A DNA stretch of 64,000 nt from an uncultured Solirubrobacterales bacterium (GCA_963804675.1 CAWDRI010000001.1:2663842-2727841); one strand, 5' to 3'; shown: positions 42,006 through 52,493, counted from the first letter of the stretch. Numbers and translations: made by a program. Notes: generated from the sequence alone by a model not told the origin.

Positions 42006-44846
42006 TCAGTGTCGGTGTCTGTACCGGAAGGTGACGTGCCGCGTGAACGACCGTGGTATGCCTCCTGTCGGGGTATATGTGATGGCGAAATTCGCACGCA
42101 ACAGGTCGTGTTCGGCGAGTAGCGCCTTGCCGGCGCGGTCCAACACGAGCGTGGTCGCAAACCGTCCGCCGCGTTTGACGGCGAGCCGCAGGCGCGCGAT
42201 CGTAATCGGCGCGGTGTGGCCGCGCCGGCCCGCTCGCGTGCGCGCGGAGCCCACGGTGCTCGCTGTGGCGAGGATCTGCAGTACGCCAGGTCCTGGCAGC
42301 TGCAGAGTCAGCTTGACCGCGCCGCGCGGCGTGAGATCGGTGATGCCAAGAACCTTGAATGCGTTGCTCGCGTTCGCGCTACTGCCTGGGCCGCCGCCGC
42401 TCGCCGGGCCGCCGGTCTCGGAGCCTCCAACCAGCGAGTCCCCCGAACCGTCCCCCGGCGGTCGCGGCCCGGGGACGAGCAGCGTATTGCTCACCGCACT
42501 CGCGGAGCCGCCACTGTTGGTCGCGGTCACTTCGCACGCCAGCTCGCCACCCTCGTCGGCTGGCAGCACTTGGTACGTGCTGCCAGCCGCGCCAGCGATC
42601 GGCGCGCCATCGCGCAGCCACTGGTAGGTGAACGTGGGCGGCGGATTACTCGTCCAGGACCCGTTTGAGCATGAGAGCGTCTGCCCAAGCGCCGGCGTCC
42701 CGAACGCCACCGGCGCAGAGGCATTCACGGGCGCCAGAGCCTGCGGAGGGGTCCCAACCATCACCTGACCGCGAACGTCGACGACGACGCACATCCCTTT
42801 GGGGACGCACGAAGCGCCGGTCAGTTCTTCTGCGCGAAGTTCGATGATCGGGTCGGGCGGCCTGATTGGAATGCCGTACACATTGCTCTCTACCCACGCT
42901 CCGTCCGCACCTGCCGGTTCGTCGGATGAGATCACATTACCGTCTGAGCCGTTGGCGCCGAAGCTCGTCGCGAGACACAGGCCTTCGTGCGCACATGAGA
43001 CTTCATCCAGGCCGTTGAGACCTTCGATGTGTGTTTGTGTCCACGAGGAAGGGCTGCTCATGGGATTGCCCATGGTGAGGATGGGAGCAGGACCGTCGCC
43101 CACCGTGACACACAGACTCACCGAGGGACACGAAATCTTTTTGTTTGCACCCACATACTTTAGGCTCCAGGTATCCGCTCCTGCGGCTGGTTCCGTCGAA
43201 GTGATTATGTACCCTTCGGCCGTAAGAACGCACAGGTGTTCAGACGGGCAGGAAACGCCGCTCAGGCCCGGGTACAGGCGCACGAAGCCCCACGCACCAA
43301 CGCCTCCCGTCGGATCGGCCGAGGAAACGATGTCGCCTTCCGAGTCGATCGCCACACACAGACCCACCGACGGACACGACACGCTCTTGAGCCGACGTGT
43401 CGTATCGACATCAACAACCGTCCAAGCGCCCGCACCACCCGCGGGATCGGTCGAAGTCAGAACATCGCCGTCATTGTCCACAGCGACGCAGAGGCCAGCC
43501 GAGGGACACGACACGCCATCGAGTTCGTGGCTGTCCACGTGAGCCTCACTCCATGCACCCGCGCCTCCAGCCGGGTCGGTGCTCGTCAGGATGTTGCCGG
43601 CATCATCTACCGCGACGCAGAGACCGACGGGAGCGCACGAGACACTCTGCAGGCTGCTGACGCCTACTTCCAAACTGGTCACCGTCCACGCGCTCGCACC
43701 CTTGGTCGGTTCAGTCGTGCTTACCACGGCGCTGCCATCGTCACCGAGCACACAGAGTCCTAACGACGGACACGCCGCAGCGTCGAGCGATGGATCACTA
43801 CCGTACTTGTTGCTGGTTGGTATTACGGCAGGCTTCCACGCAGGCGCACCGCCTGCCGGTTCGATCGAGGTGATGACTTCATTATCACCCAGCGCAATGC
43901 ACAAACCCGAGGATGCACACGACACATGTTCGATCAACCCTCGGCCGCTAACGCTGGCAACAGTCCATGCGCTTTTGCCACCTGTCGGTTCGGTCGCGCT
44001 GAGGATATCGCCAGAATTGTTGCTCGCGACGCACAGAGCGTCAGAGACGCACGACACATCGCTTAGGTCGGCTGTGCCGTCAACGTCGGTCTCACTCCAC
44101 GCGCCCATGCCGCCCGTGGGGTCAGTCGAGCTTACCATATTGCCTTCGCTGGCGGTGGCTAGACACAACCGCACCGACGGACATGAGAGGCCGCCAAGCG
44201 CATTACCACCGCCGAGTTTATTCGGAGTGGTCACCTTGGTTTTTGTCCATGCACTGGCGGCATTTACTGGATCGGCCGAAGTCAAGACATCGCCACGGTC
44301 ATCCGTCACGGCGCACAGGCTTTCGGATGGGCACGACACAGCTTCAAGGCGATCGCTTTCGCCTTCAGCATTGCGGGGGACTACTTCTGTGCTGGTCCAC
44401 GTGCTTCCAGCTCCAGCCGGGTCGGTCAACGTAACTACGTCGCCCTCAGCATCAACGGCGACACACAATTTCGTTGACGGACAAGACACGCCAGTGAAGC
44501 CCTCCACGCCGGTGGAGTTCTCGCTCGCGTAGGTCTTAACCCACGCCGGTGTACCTCCCGACGGGTCGGTCGAGACCAGGACATCGCCGACGCTGTCCAC
44601 CGCGACGCACAAGCCGGTCGATGGGCAGGACACGCCGGTGATGGCCGCCGGGGACGCGAACGGCGGCCGGTTATCCACGCGCAGCGGGCTAGCCCAACTC
44701 AGTGGGCCCTCTGAAGCGCATGCCCGACCGACCTCGACCATAAGAACACCCGCGACGACCGCGGTCATCACAACCAACCACAACACATCTCGCACCCCGC
44801 ACCGAGCAGCTGGGCAACTTGGACGTAAAACGTTGTCGTGCACCAT
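42006..44846 (-). CDS. Secreted protein: 14 Cys-pair repeats (double beta-propeller-like) + Ig-like + basic C-terminal domain
   Basis: 14 units like VSCPSxxLCVAVDxxGDVLxSTDPxGGxxAW; GQTLSCSNGSW..YQWLRDG..LACEVTATNSGGS; start uncertain (44846 chosen). Confidence 0.82.
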   Translation of the reverse strand: MVHDNVLRPSCPAARCGVRDVLWLVVMTAVVAGVLMVEVGRACASEGPLSWASPLRVDNRPPFASPAAITGVSCPSTGLCVAVDSVGDVLVSTDPSGGTPAWVKTYASENSTGVEGFTGVSCPSTKLCVAVDAEGDVVTLTDPAGAGSTWTSTEVVPRNAEGESDRLEAVSCPSESLCAVTDDRGDVLTSADPVNAASAWTKTKVTTPNKLGGGNALGGLSCPSVRLCLATASEGNMVSSTDPTGGMGAWSETDVDGTADLSDVSCVSDALCVASNNSGDILSATEPTGGKSAWTVASVSGRGLIEHVSCASSGLCIALGDNEVITSIEPAGGAPAWKPAVIPTSNKYGSDPSLDAAACPSLGLCVLGDDGSAVVSTTEPTKGASAWTVTSLEVGVSSLQSVSCAPVGLCVAVDDAGNILTSTDPAGGAGAWSEAHVDSHELDGVSCPSAGLCVAVDNDGDVLTSTDPAGGAGAWTVVDVDTTRRLKSVSCPSVGLCVAIDSEGDIVSSADPTGGVGAWGFVRLYPGLSGVSCPSEHLCVLTAEGYIITSTEPAAGADTWSLKYVGANKKISCPSVSLCVTVGDGPAPILTMGNPMSSPSSWTQTHIEGLNGLDEVSCAHEGLCLATSFGANGSDGNVISSDEPAGADGAWVESNVYGIPIRPPDPIIELRAEELTGASCVPKGMCVVVDVRGQVMVGTPPQALAPVNASAPVAFGTPALGQTLSCSNGSWTSNPPPTFTYQWLRDGAPIAGAAGSTYQVLPADEGGELACEVTATNSGGSASAVSNTLLVPGPRPPGDGSGDSLVGGSETGGPASGGGPGSSANASNAFKVLGITDLTPRGAVKLTLQLPGPGVLQILATASTVGSARTRAGRRGHTAPITIARLRLAVKRGGRFATTLVLDRAGKALLAEHDLLRANFAITYTPTGGIPRSFTRHVTFRYRHRH

Positions 44847-45018
44847 GCGTCTGCTTAAGGCTGTCCACATCTCCACTAGCCGAACTCTACCATCAAGCTT
44901 GGCGCTTCCAGCCTTAGCAGGCTGTCCTCCGGTCACGCCAGCCCTATCGGTAGCAGAAAGCGAGCGGTGGCATCCGAGGGACGGGCCCGCGGATGCCACC
45001 GCTTCGGTCTACTCGTTT

Positions 45019-47934
45019 CTACGGCGTAATCTTTCCGATCGCCGTTTCCTTCGCGAACCACAGGTTGTCTTCTGGGCCGGTGGTGATGCCAGCGGGGTAG
45101 CTGAAGCCTTCCAGTTCATACGCCGTAACGACGCCTTCGGTCGTGATTCGCTCAATCTTACTGTGGTCGTAGCCCCAGTCAGTGAACCACAGGTTGCCGT
45201 CTGCGCCCGCCATGATCTGACGGGGCCACGTGCTTTCGCCTGTTGCGACCGAGTATTCGGTGATTTTCCCCGACGTAGTGATCTTGCCGACCTTGTCGCT
45301 GCCGGTCTCCGTAAACCAGAGGTTGCCGTCAGGGCCGGCGGTTATGCCCCCCGGTTCGCTGCCTTCCGGCAGTACGTATTCGGTGATTGCACCCGAGGTT
45401 GTGATCTTGCCGATCCAACTGTTGGCTGTCCCGCTTTTGTTCTTCGACTCCGTGAACCAAAGGTTTCCGTCCGGCCCCTTCGTAATTCCGCCGGCGCTAC
45501 GTTCGGACGGCAGCGCGTATTCGGTGATCGTTCCCGACGTGGTGATCTTGCCGATGTGTTCGCCCTCGGCGAACCATAGATCTCCATCGGGTCCGGAGAC
45601 GATCCCCCATAGACCGTTCGCCCCGGACAGCAAATATTCGGTAATCGTACCGGAGGTGGTTATCTTGCCAATTCTGTAGGGATTGGCAATCGTGAACCAT
45701 AGGTTGCCGTCGGAGCCAGCGGCGATCTCGCGGGGATTGCCTTCTTTTGGCAGCGAGTATTCGGTGATCGATCCCGATGGGGTGATCTTGCCGATCTTAC
45801 TGCTGCGCCGATCCGTGAACCAGACGTTGCCGTCCGGCCCCTTGGCGATCCCGTTTGGTTCGCTGCCCGCGGGCAGCGAGTATTCGATGATGTGCCCAAC
45901 GGGTTGAACAGAATTAGAAGCTTTCGAGCGCGCAGAGGTCGAACCGCCGCTGTTTGTCGCCGTAACCTTCGCAACGAGTGTATGTTCGACGTCTTCGGCG
46001 TCAGGCGTGTAGGTCGAACTGGTCGCACCAGTGATTTCTTTGCATTCGCCACCGCTCGCGTTGCAGCGTTCCCAATGGTAGGTGTAGCCAGTAGGTTCAT
46101 TAGTCCACGTTCCCGTCGTTGCGGACTCAGGAACCGCCTGATCAGGTGTTTCCGGCGAGGCTACGGGCAATCCGGTGTTTTCAGGTGCGTTTGGCAGCGT
46201 TCGAAAGACCTGATTAGAACCTTCGCTCGTTTCTTTATTGCTGTTGGTCGCCACGATTCGGAAATCATACTGTTTGCCGGCCGTGAGCCCTGTGATGCCT
46301 TGATTCACTTCCACGTTGCTTGAGCCCGAGCCAGCACTCACTTCCGTTGTCTTCGACCCATACGACGTCAACGTGCCGTATTCGAAATAATATTTCGTTT
46401 CCACGCTATTAGGATTTACAGTTCCGTTTAATGTTGCCCCTATTTTTGTTATGCCCGTCGCCGGCTCGGTAACTGCGGAAGGACCCGTTGTGGTAAACAC
46501 ACCATCGGGCGTACCCCAACCGGTCGGGCCGTTATAGCCTTCTTTGGTGGCGTGGCAGAGATAATATGTTTCAGATCCTTCAGCGCCGCAAGACCCATTA
46601 CTGCCTTGGCTGATATGAAACAACATGCTCGGTTTCTTGTAGAAAGCGTCGGCACCCAGTTTTTTTGTAGGGCTGGTTGCGTGCGCCTCGACTCCGGCGA
46701 TGAATGGTGAACTGGCGCTCGTGCCGCCAACGTTGCCCCATCCGCCCTCATAGGGCGTGGTGTAGATCGATACCCCTTCAGCGACCGAGGCAACGTCATT
46801 GTCTGTACGCTTTGTGCCGCAAGCTTTGGGAACGGCTTTGACTTCCTGCCACGCGGGCTCCGACTCGTACAGGCTGCAACCGCCGCCGCTTTCCGGCCAC
46901 ACTACCTCTTTCCAGGCACGTTCACCTTCTTTTGGTTTTTCCACCTTTTCAAGCTCGGTTCCTCCGACAGCGATGACATTCGGTGATACGGCTGGCCACA
47001 AAGGTGCAGCGTAGCCGCGGTTTTTGTTATCGTAGCCGCCATCACCAGCGGACGCCGTCACCGGAACGCTCTGGTTATACGCAGCGAGATATTCTTGGCA
47101 CCCTTTTTTGGACGGACAGGCCGATTCGTCGTCCTCTGAATAGCCGTAGCTATTGCTGATCTCTGTCGCTTTTAGTTTCGCGGCCTCTTCCACCGCAGCT
47201 GCAGTTTCGGCCGGATATTCGCCATTCGCCTCGACGAGCAGAATGTGACATTCAGGACACGCCGCCGAAACCATCTCGATATCGAGAGCCGTCTCTGCTC
47301 CCCAAACCGCTGGGCCTGCTTCGGGGTAGTTAGTTTCTTCGCCTTTTACGTTGACCTTTTTAAAACAACCGTTACCACCTTCGTTTGCTTTGGTGCACGC
47401 GGTTTCGGTACCTTTGTAATAGACTTTGTATTTTGCGCGATATTCGTTTAGATCCGACTCGGCAGTACTGTCGCCATACGCATCTACGAGAGCGACCGTT
47501 TCACCAGAACCGCCCGTAGTAGGGAGTTTGTATGCCGACTGCAGATCCGCTGGATCCAGCCCTCCTTTTTCGCCGCTACCTATTAGCGGAGCGCCATCGG
47601 GGAGCTGGTAGCCATACGAAGTCGCGATCGGAACGGGATCTATCACTAGATTACATTCGGCGATCAAACCAGAACCAGAAGGACACGGCGAGTACCGGCT
47701 CGTCGTTGAAGGGATCGTAGATATTTCTTCTGGTTCGGCGCTCGCCCCGAGTTCCGTGCTCGCCCCTAGCTCCGAATTCAGTCCCGATTCCGCGCTTGCA
47801 GCTTGCGGTAGAGCACATACCAGCAGAGCGACAGAGAGAACCATCAGATAGGCGAAGCGGCTCGCCCGGTGTCTTCTCCCCAGCTCGTTTCGATCGGTTC
47901 GCCAGACTGGCTCGAAATGCATTGCCCGTATCAT
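45019..47934 (-). CDS. Secreted S53 (sedolisin-like) peptidase with FN3/Ig domains and Vgb-type beta-propeller
   Basis: ETALDIEMVSAACP, ASAGDGG, VGGTSASSP, YNGPTGWGTP; YYFEYG FN3; repeats GPDGNLWFT..KIGKITTSG.ITEY. Confidence 0.85.
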   Translation of the reverse strand: MIRAMHFEPVWRTDRNELGRRHRASRFAYLMVLSVALLVCALPQAASAESGLNSELGASTELGASAEPEEISTIPSTTSRYSPCPSGSGLIAECNLVIDPVPIATSYGYQLPDGAPLIGSGEKGGLDPADLQSAYKLPTTGGSGETVALVDAYGDSTAESDLNEYRAKYKVYYKGTETACTKANEGGNGCFKKVNVKGEETNYPEAGPAVWGAETALDIEMVSAACPECHILLVEANGEYPAETAAAVEEAAKLKATEISNSYGYSEDDESACPSKKGCQEYLAAYNQSVPVTASAGDGGYDNKNRGYAAPLWPAVSPNVIAVGGTELEKVEKPKEGERAWKEVVWPESGGGCSLYESEPAWQEVKAVPKACGTKRTDNDVASVAEGVSIYTTPYEGGWGNVGGTSASSPFIAGVEAHATSPTKKLGADAFYKKPSMLFHISQGSNGSCGAEGSETYYLCHATKEGYNGPTGWGTPDGVFTTTGPSAVTEPATGITKIGATLNGTVNPNSVETKYYFEYGTLTSYGSKTTEVSAGSGSSNVEVNQGITGLTAGKQYDFRIVATNSNKETSEGSNQVFRTLPNAPENTGLPVASPETPDQAVPESATTGTWTNEPTGYTYHWERCNASGGECKEITGATSSTYTPDAEDVEHTLVAKVTATNSGGSTSARSKASNSVQPVGHIIEYSLPAGSEPNGIAKGPDGNVWFTDRRSSKIGKITPSGSITEYSLPKEGNPREIAAGSDGNLWFTIANPYRIGKITTSGTITEYLLSGANGLWGIVSGPDGDLWFAEGEHIGKITTSGTITEYALPSERSAGGITKGPDGNLWFTESKNKSGTANSWIGKITTSGAITEYVLPEGSEPGGITAGPDGNLWFTETGSDKVGKITTSGKITEYSVATGESTWPRQIMAGADGNLWFTDWGYDHSKIERITTEGVVTAYELEGFSYPAGITTGPEDNLWFAKETAIGKITP

Positions 47935-47983
47935 ATATTTTCCTTTACTCGAACGTTGGCGACTATTGACCTATGAGTCGATG

Positions 47984-48115
47984 TCACGCGAAGATGTGCG
48001 CGGGATGTGTGCGTGTGATCTCCACACCGGTGCATAACGCTCGCGCGATTTCCGGGTTCGACCAGCCTGCGCTGAGGAGGTTCGACACCTCCCGCTCGAG
48101 ACTGGTCAACGAGAC
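47984..48115 (-). pseudogene. LuxR-type HTH remnant
   Basis: LTSLEREVSNLLSAGWSNPEIARALCTGVEITRTHPAHIFA*. Confidence 0.55.
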
Positions 48116-48365
48116 GAGCTTGTACCAACGACAGCACACCACTCCTCCTACGCACAGATCGACACCCCCACTCGAAATTTGGTAGCGAACGCCCCGCCCG
48201 CCCCCCGGCCCACCCGCCGCCGCGCTCGCGGCGAGTGGGCCGGCACGCCCCTGCCAACCCACGCGCCAGGGTCGCACGCGTCTTCGCCTGCCAGGGTCAA
48301 GCGCGGCACGGGCGGTGAGGGGAGACGCGCATCGCGCCGATCCTCCCCGATGCGACTGGCGCGCG

Positions 48366-48397
48366 CTAGTCAGAACTAAGTATTTAGTTCTGACTAG
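48366..48397. promoter_or_regulatory. Perfect 14-bp inverted repeat (operator or terminator)
   Basis: CTAGTCAGAACTAA-GTAT-TTAGTTCTGACTAG. Confidence 0.6.
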
Positions 48398-48516
48398 ACG
48401 ACTTGCCTATTTCCTGGTAGACTGTTTGATTCGTTCAGTGGGAAACATGTGTCTACCTGGCAGCCACAGCGGGCGCCATGCCGCGCAATATGTCGGCAGC
48501 GGCCCGGGCTTCGCGC

Positions 48517-51033
48517 CTACCGACTCGCCACGACCGGGTGCACGCGCGCGGTCAAGTAGCCGGGTATCGCGACGATCGCCACGGCGACGGCTGCCACGAT
48601 CGCGAAGCTGCCGAGCGCCGCGAGCAGGCCGAGCGAGTAGACGACGGGATAGGCGGTGATCGCGACCAGCGCGCGCGTCATCGCGATCTGGCCGTAGATC
48701 CCAAAGACCGCACCGATCGAACAGCCCGCGGCGAGCAGGATCGCGGTCTCCAGCAGCAGCGCCCGCCACACCGCGCCATCGGAGAGGCCGTCGAGCTTGA
48801 GCTGCGCGACGCGTGCACGCCGCTGCCAGAGCATCGAACCCATCGCCGCCGCCATCGCGAGGATCGCACCGACAAGCACGAGGTCGGATATCTGGGTGAG
48901 CTGCTCAAGGCCCTGGCGGATCGCAACATCCTTGCGGCCGTTGAGCTGGGCCGAAGTCTCGACGGTCAACCCCCCAGGTGGACCGACCACATGGCGTATC
49001 TCGCGCCGCACCTGCGTAGGCGAGGCACCTGATGTGAGCATGACGTTATAGGCACTCGCCTCGGTGCTACCCCACGCGCGCGCGTATTCGTCCGCGTTGA
49101 TGACGATCGCGCCGGGCGACCAACCGATGTTGGTGCTGAGCGCAGCGACCCTGAAGATCGTTGGCTTGGGAGCGGGCAGTGTGAACGTCTGGCCAACGTG
49201 TAGGCCCTCTTCGACGGCGATCGTCTGCGAGACGACTGCCCACCCGCCGGCGCGAACGCGGGCAGCGGCAAGCGTCGAGTTGCCAGTCACGACCTGACCC
49301 TCGGGCACAAGGCCGCTAGCGGCACGCGGCGGCGCCAATACCCAGATCCTTCGTTTGCCGTAGTCAAGCAGTCCGGCGCGATAGATATGCACGGTGCGTA
49401 CGCCCGGGAGATGTGCCAGCGTAGCCACGTCGAGCGCGCGAAACGGTACTGTCGTGAACAGATTGCTCACGCCGGGCGAGGTCACCCAGAGGTCGCTGAC
49501 CGCACTAACTTCTCGAGCCACACGGTAGAGCCCACGCAGCAGGTTGGCGTGCGCACCCTGAATGGAGACGCTGCCGAACACCGCAACCGCACCGGTCGCA
49601 GCGACGGCGAGCGTGCGGGCGCGTGCCGTCGGCGAGCGCAACTCCTTCACGGCAATGAACGGCGCCGACGCCCTCAAGTCTAGGGACAGCCGCTCGACGC
49701 CGGCGAGGATGACCGTGAGCAGGCCGGGGAGCAGGAGCAGCATCGTTGCGGTCAGGCTCACAACCCCGATCACCGCCAGCTGCGGCGCGAAAATCACGAT
49801 TGCAGTCGTCAGCGCCAGCAGCGTAATACCACCTGTCAGCAGCCAGCGACCGCGAAGGCCTGGCATCCGGCGCCGCCCGGCAGCGGCCGTCAACCTGTCG
49901 GCGAAGATCTCGCGCCGGAGGGGAGCCAGAACACCAGCTGCGGCGGCGAGCATGCCTCCCGCCAATGCGATCGCGACGCTCTGCCAGGTCACAATACGTT
50001 GAGATCCGACCGGAAACGCGAACGAGAGATAGCTGGGGCTGACGTGGAAGAGACGAATCGAAAGTAGCTCACCCAGCGCCAGGCCGACAAGCGAAGCCGC
50101 AACACCAAGCGCAAGCGCATCGAACAGCAGGACCTTGACGACGGTCGCCGGGCGGTAGCCGTCCAGGCGCAGATCGGCTACCTGTGCACGGCGTCGGGGC
50201 ACGGTGAGCAGCACCGCGTTGAACGCGAACAGGAAACCCACGAGCGCGCTGAGCGCGGCGAACAGCTGGGTGGACTCGGTAGTTGGGCGCGCAGCAGCAC
50301 GGAACAGCGTTGCTTCGAAGTCGGCCGGCTCGACGTTCAGATGTGCCGCCGCGAGGCGTTCGAGACCGCGCTGTACCTGGTCGTTGGCGCCCGGGCGGGG
50401 GAGCACGAAGATGCGCGATATGCGGCCCGTACGGCCGGTGAGCTGTTGTGCGTACGCAAGCGGCGCGACGGCCACAGGACTGTGCGCGAGCGCTCCGATC
50501 TCGTTTTCATTGAGTTCCGCGCCGACGAGCGCTGTCAGCAGGCTCCCGTCGATGCGCAGCTTGACGGTCTGCAGCGCGCCGGCGCCCACCGCACGAGCGA
50601 TCGGACTCGGCAGCGCAATTCCGTGCTGCGTGGCGAGCTGGGCGGCGGTGAAGCGACGCAGCAGCGTCCCGCCCAGGCGCGCAAGGCGTGGTTCGGTGCC
50701 GATCAGCTCGACCGCCTGTTCCCCGGCCGGCCCAATCACGCCCGCCGGCGCTTCGAGCACCGGCACGGCGGTCTGAACGCCGGGCAGGCGTTCCACGCGG
50801 CCAAGCAACCGCGCGTCGAACCCATTCGGCCCGCGCGCCATGAGCTGAAACCGCGCATGCCCGACGATCCCGTTCTCCAGCTGCTGCACAGAGCCGGTCA
50901 GGCTCGCACTGGAGACCTGCGAGGCGAACAGCAGCGCGACGCCGACGGCGATGCCGACGAGCGCGAGCAGCTCCTGCAGGCGCCGGCGGCGCAGCCGGAC
51001 GCGGTAGAGGTAGACGATGCCGCGCCATTTCAT
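48517..51033 (-). CDS. ABC transporter permease (FtsX/MacB-like, double domain)
   Basis: LALVGIAVGVALLFA, large extracytoplasmic domains, RRRAQVADLRLDG and QRRARVAQLKLDG. Confidence 0.88.
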   Translation of the reverse strand: MKWRGIVYLYRVRLRRRRLQELLALVGIAVGVALLFASQVSSASLTGSVQQLENGIVGHARFQLMARGPNGFDARLLGRVERLPGVQTAVPVLEAPAGVIGPAGEQAVELIGTEPRLARLGGTLLRRFTAAQLATQHGIALPSPIARAVGAGALQTVKLRIDGSLLTALVGAELNENEIGALAHSPVAVAPLAYAQQLTGRTGRISRIFVLPRPGANDQVQRGLERLAAAHLNVEPADFEATLFRAAARPTTESTQLFAALSALVGFLFAFNAVLLTVPRRRAQVADLRLDGYRPATVVKVLLFDALALGVAASLVGLALGELLSIRLFHVSPSYLSFAFPVGSQRIVTWQSVAIALAGGMLAAAAGVLAPLRREIFADRLTAAAGRRRMPGLRGRWLLTGGITLLALTTAIVIFAPQLAVIGVVSLTATMLLLLPGLLTVILAGVERLSLDLRASAPFIAVKELRSPTARARTLAVAATGAVAVFGSVSIQGAHANLLRGLYRVAREVSAVSDLWVTSPGVSNLFTTVPFRALDVATLAHLPGVRTVHIYRAGLLDYGKRRIWVLAPPRAASGLVPEGQVVTGNSTLAAARVRAGGWAVVSQTIAVEEGLHVGQTFTLPAPKPTIFRVAALSTNIGWSPGAIVINADEYARAWGSTEASAYNVMLTSGASPTQVRREIRHVVGPPGGLTVETSAQLNGRKDVAIRQGLEQLTQISDLVLVGAILAMAAAMGSMLWQRRARVAQLKLDGLSDGAVWRALLLETAILLAAGCSIGAVFGIYGQIAMTRALVAITAYPVVYSLGLLAALGSFAIVAAVAVAIVAIPGYLTARVHPVVASR

Positions 51034-51764
51034 GGCGAGACCGCCCGCTCCTCGGCTGCGGCCGTCACCTGCGGGTCGGGGTCGGGGTCGGGCCCGCGCT
51101 CCTGCAGGCGGCCGTCGCGCAGCGTGTGCACACGGTCGGCATAGCCGGCCGCCTGCGGGTCGTGCGTAACGAGCAGCACCGCCACGCCGCGCTCGCGGCA
51201 GACCTCGGTCAACAGGTCGAGCACTTCGCGGCCGCGTTCGCTGTCGAGGCTGCCGGTCGGCTCGTCGGCGAGCACGAGCGTCGGTTCGCAGGACAGCGCG
51301 CGGGCGATCATCACGCGCTGGCGCTCGCCCATCGAGAGCTGCTCGGCGAGGTGCCCCGAGCGTTCGCCGAGCCCGAGGCGCTTGAGCAGCGGCGCGACGC
51401 CGCGCATCGCCTGGCGCGGGCTGGCGCCGGCGCCGAGCAGCTTCAGCGCGGCGTTCTCCAGCGCGCTCGCGCCGGGGATCAGGTCGAGCGACTGGCGCAC
51501 GAAGCCGAGGTCGTGCAGGCGATAGTCGGCTGCTTCGCGCGGGGAGAGCGAGGAGATCTCGCGCCCGCCGACGAGCACCGCGCCGTCGTCGGGCGCCAGC
51601 AGCGCGGCGGCCAGCATCAACAGGGTCGTCTTGCCCGAGCCGCTCGGCCCGTAGAGCGCGACCAGCTCGCCGGGCGCAACCGTCAGCGAAACGCCGTCGA
51701 CGGCGTGCACGGGCTCGCCGTCACCGACCGGGTAGAGCTTGACGAGGTCGCGTAGCTCGAGCAC
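51030..51764 (-). CDS. ABC ATP-binding protein (LolD/MacB-like)
   Basis: GTG start 51764; GPSGSGKTT, LSMGERQR, VLADEPTGSLD, LVTHD. Confidence 0.92.
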   Translation of the reverse strand: MLELRDLVKLYPVGDGEPVHAVDGVSLTVAPGELVALYGPSGSGKTTLLMLAAALLAPDDGAVLVGGREISSLSPREAADYRLHDLGFVRQSLDLIPGASALENAALKLLGAGASPRQAMRGVAPLLKRLGLGERSGHLAEQLSMGERQRVMIARALSCEPTLVLADEPTGSLDSERGREVLDLLTEVCRERGVAVLLVTHDPQAAGYADRVHTLRDGRLQERGPDPDPDPQVTAAAEERAVSP

Positions 51765-51766
51765 GT

Positions 51767-52492
51767 CTATGCCGTGTGGCGACGGGGCAGCTCGATCAGC
51801 TCGCCCGCCGCTTGCGGTTCGCTGGGGGTGAGCAGCCGGCCGCCGCCGAGCGCGGCGATGCGATGCGCGCCAAACATGTCCCCCACTTCGGGCACGGTCA
51901 CCAGCACACCGACCCCGTCGCGCTCGGCCGTCGTACGCAGCAGCTCCATCACCGAGCGGCGGTCGATCATGTCGAGGTTCGCGGTCGGATCGTCGACGAC
52001 CAACAGGCGCGGCTTGCGCACGAGCGCGTGGGCGATCGCGGCAAACGTGCGCTGCGCGTCGGTCAGCTGCTCCCACAGCTTGTCCGCGCACTCGCCGACG
52101 CCGACGCGCCTCAGCAGGCTTGCGGCCTCCCGCCGTGCGCGGCGCCGCCCCCACTTCGCCAGCAGCGGCACCATCATCAGCTCGACGATCGTCACGTCGT
52201 CGCCCCAGCTCGCGCCGGGCCGCGCCCAGCCGACGTCGTGCAGCAACAGGTCGGCGAACTCGTTCCGCGAGAGCCGCGCGAGATTGCGACCGTTTACCCG
52301 CACGACACCGGCATCGGGAGCCTCCAGGCCGACGGCGACCCGCGCGAGCGTCGACTTACCGGCACCGCGGCCGCCCCATACCGCAACCACCTCGCCCGCC
52401 GCGACGTTCAGATCGACGCCATCGAGCACGACGACCTCCTCCGCGCCGCGCCAGCGCACCCGTCGCACGCCCTTCAGCTCGAGCAGGCCCAC
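51767..52492 (-). CDS. ABC ATP-binding protein, degenerate
   Basis: GTG start 52492; Walker A GGRGAGKST intact; signature LTDAQ, Walker B VVDDPT, H-loop LVTVP. Confidence 0.82.
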   Translation of the reverse strand: MGLLELKGVRRVRWRGAEEVVVLDGVDLNVAAGEVVAVWGGRGAGKSTLARVAVGLEAPDAGVVRVNGRNLARLSRNEFADLLLHDVGWARPGASWGDDVTIVELMMVPLLAKWGRRRARREAASLLRRVGVGECADKLWEQLTDAQRTFAAIAHALVRKPRLLVVDDPTANLDMIDRRSVMELLRTTAERDGVGVLVTVPEVGDMFGAHRIAALGGGRLLTPSEPQAAGELIELPRRHTA

Positions 52493-52493
52493 C

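Larger units (their letters stand above)
21200..48400. other. Lower-GC accessory region with RHS cassette array and secreted proteins
   Basis: Visibly more A/T than flanks, all genes on minus strand, many pseudogenes and duplications; no integrase seen; boundaries approximate. Confidence 0.7.
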
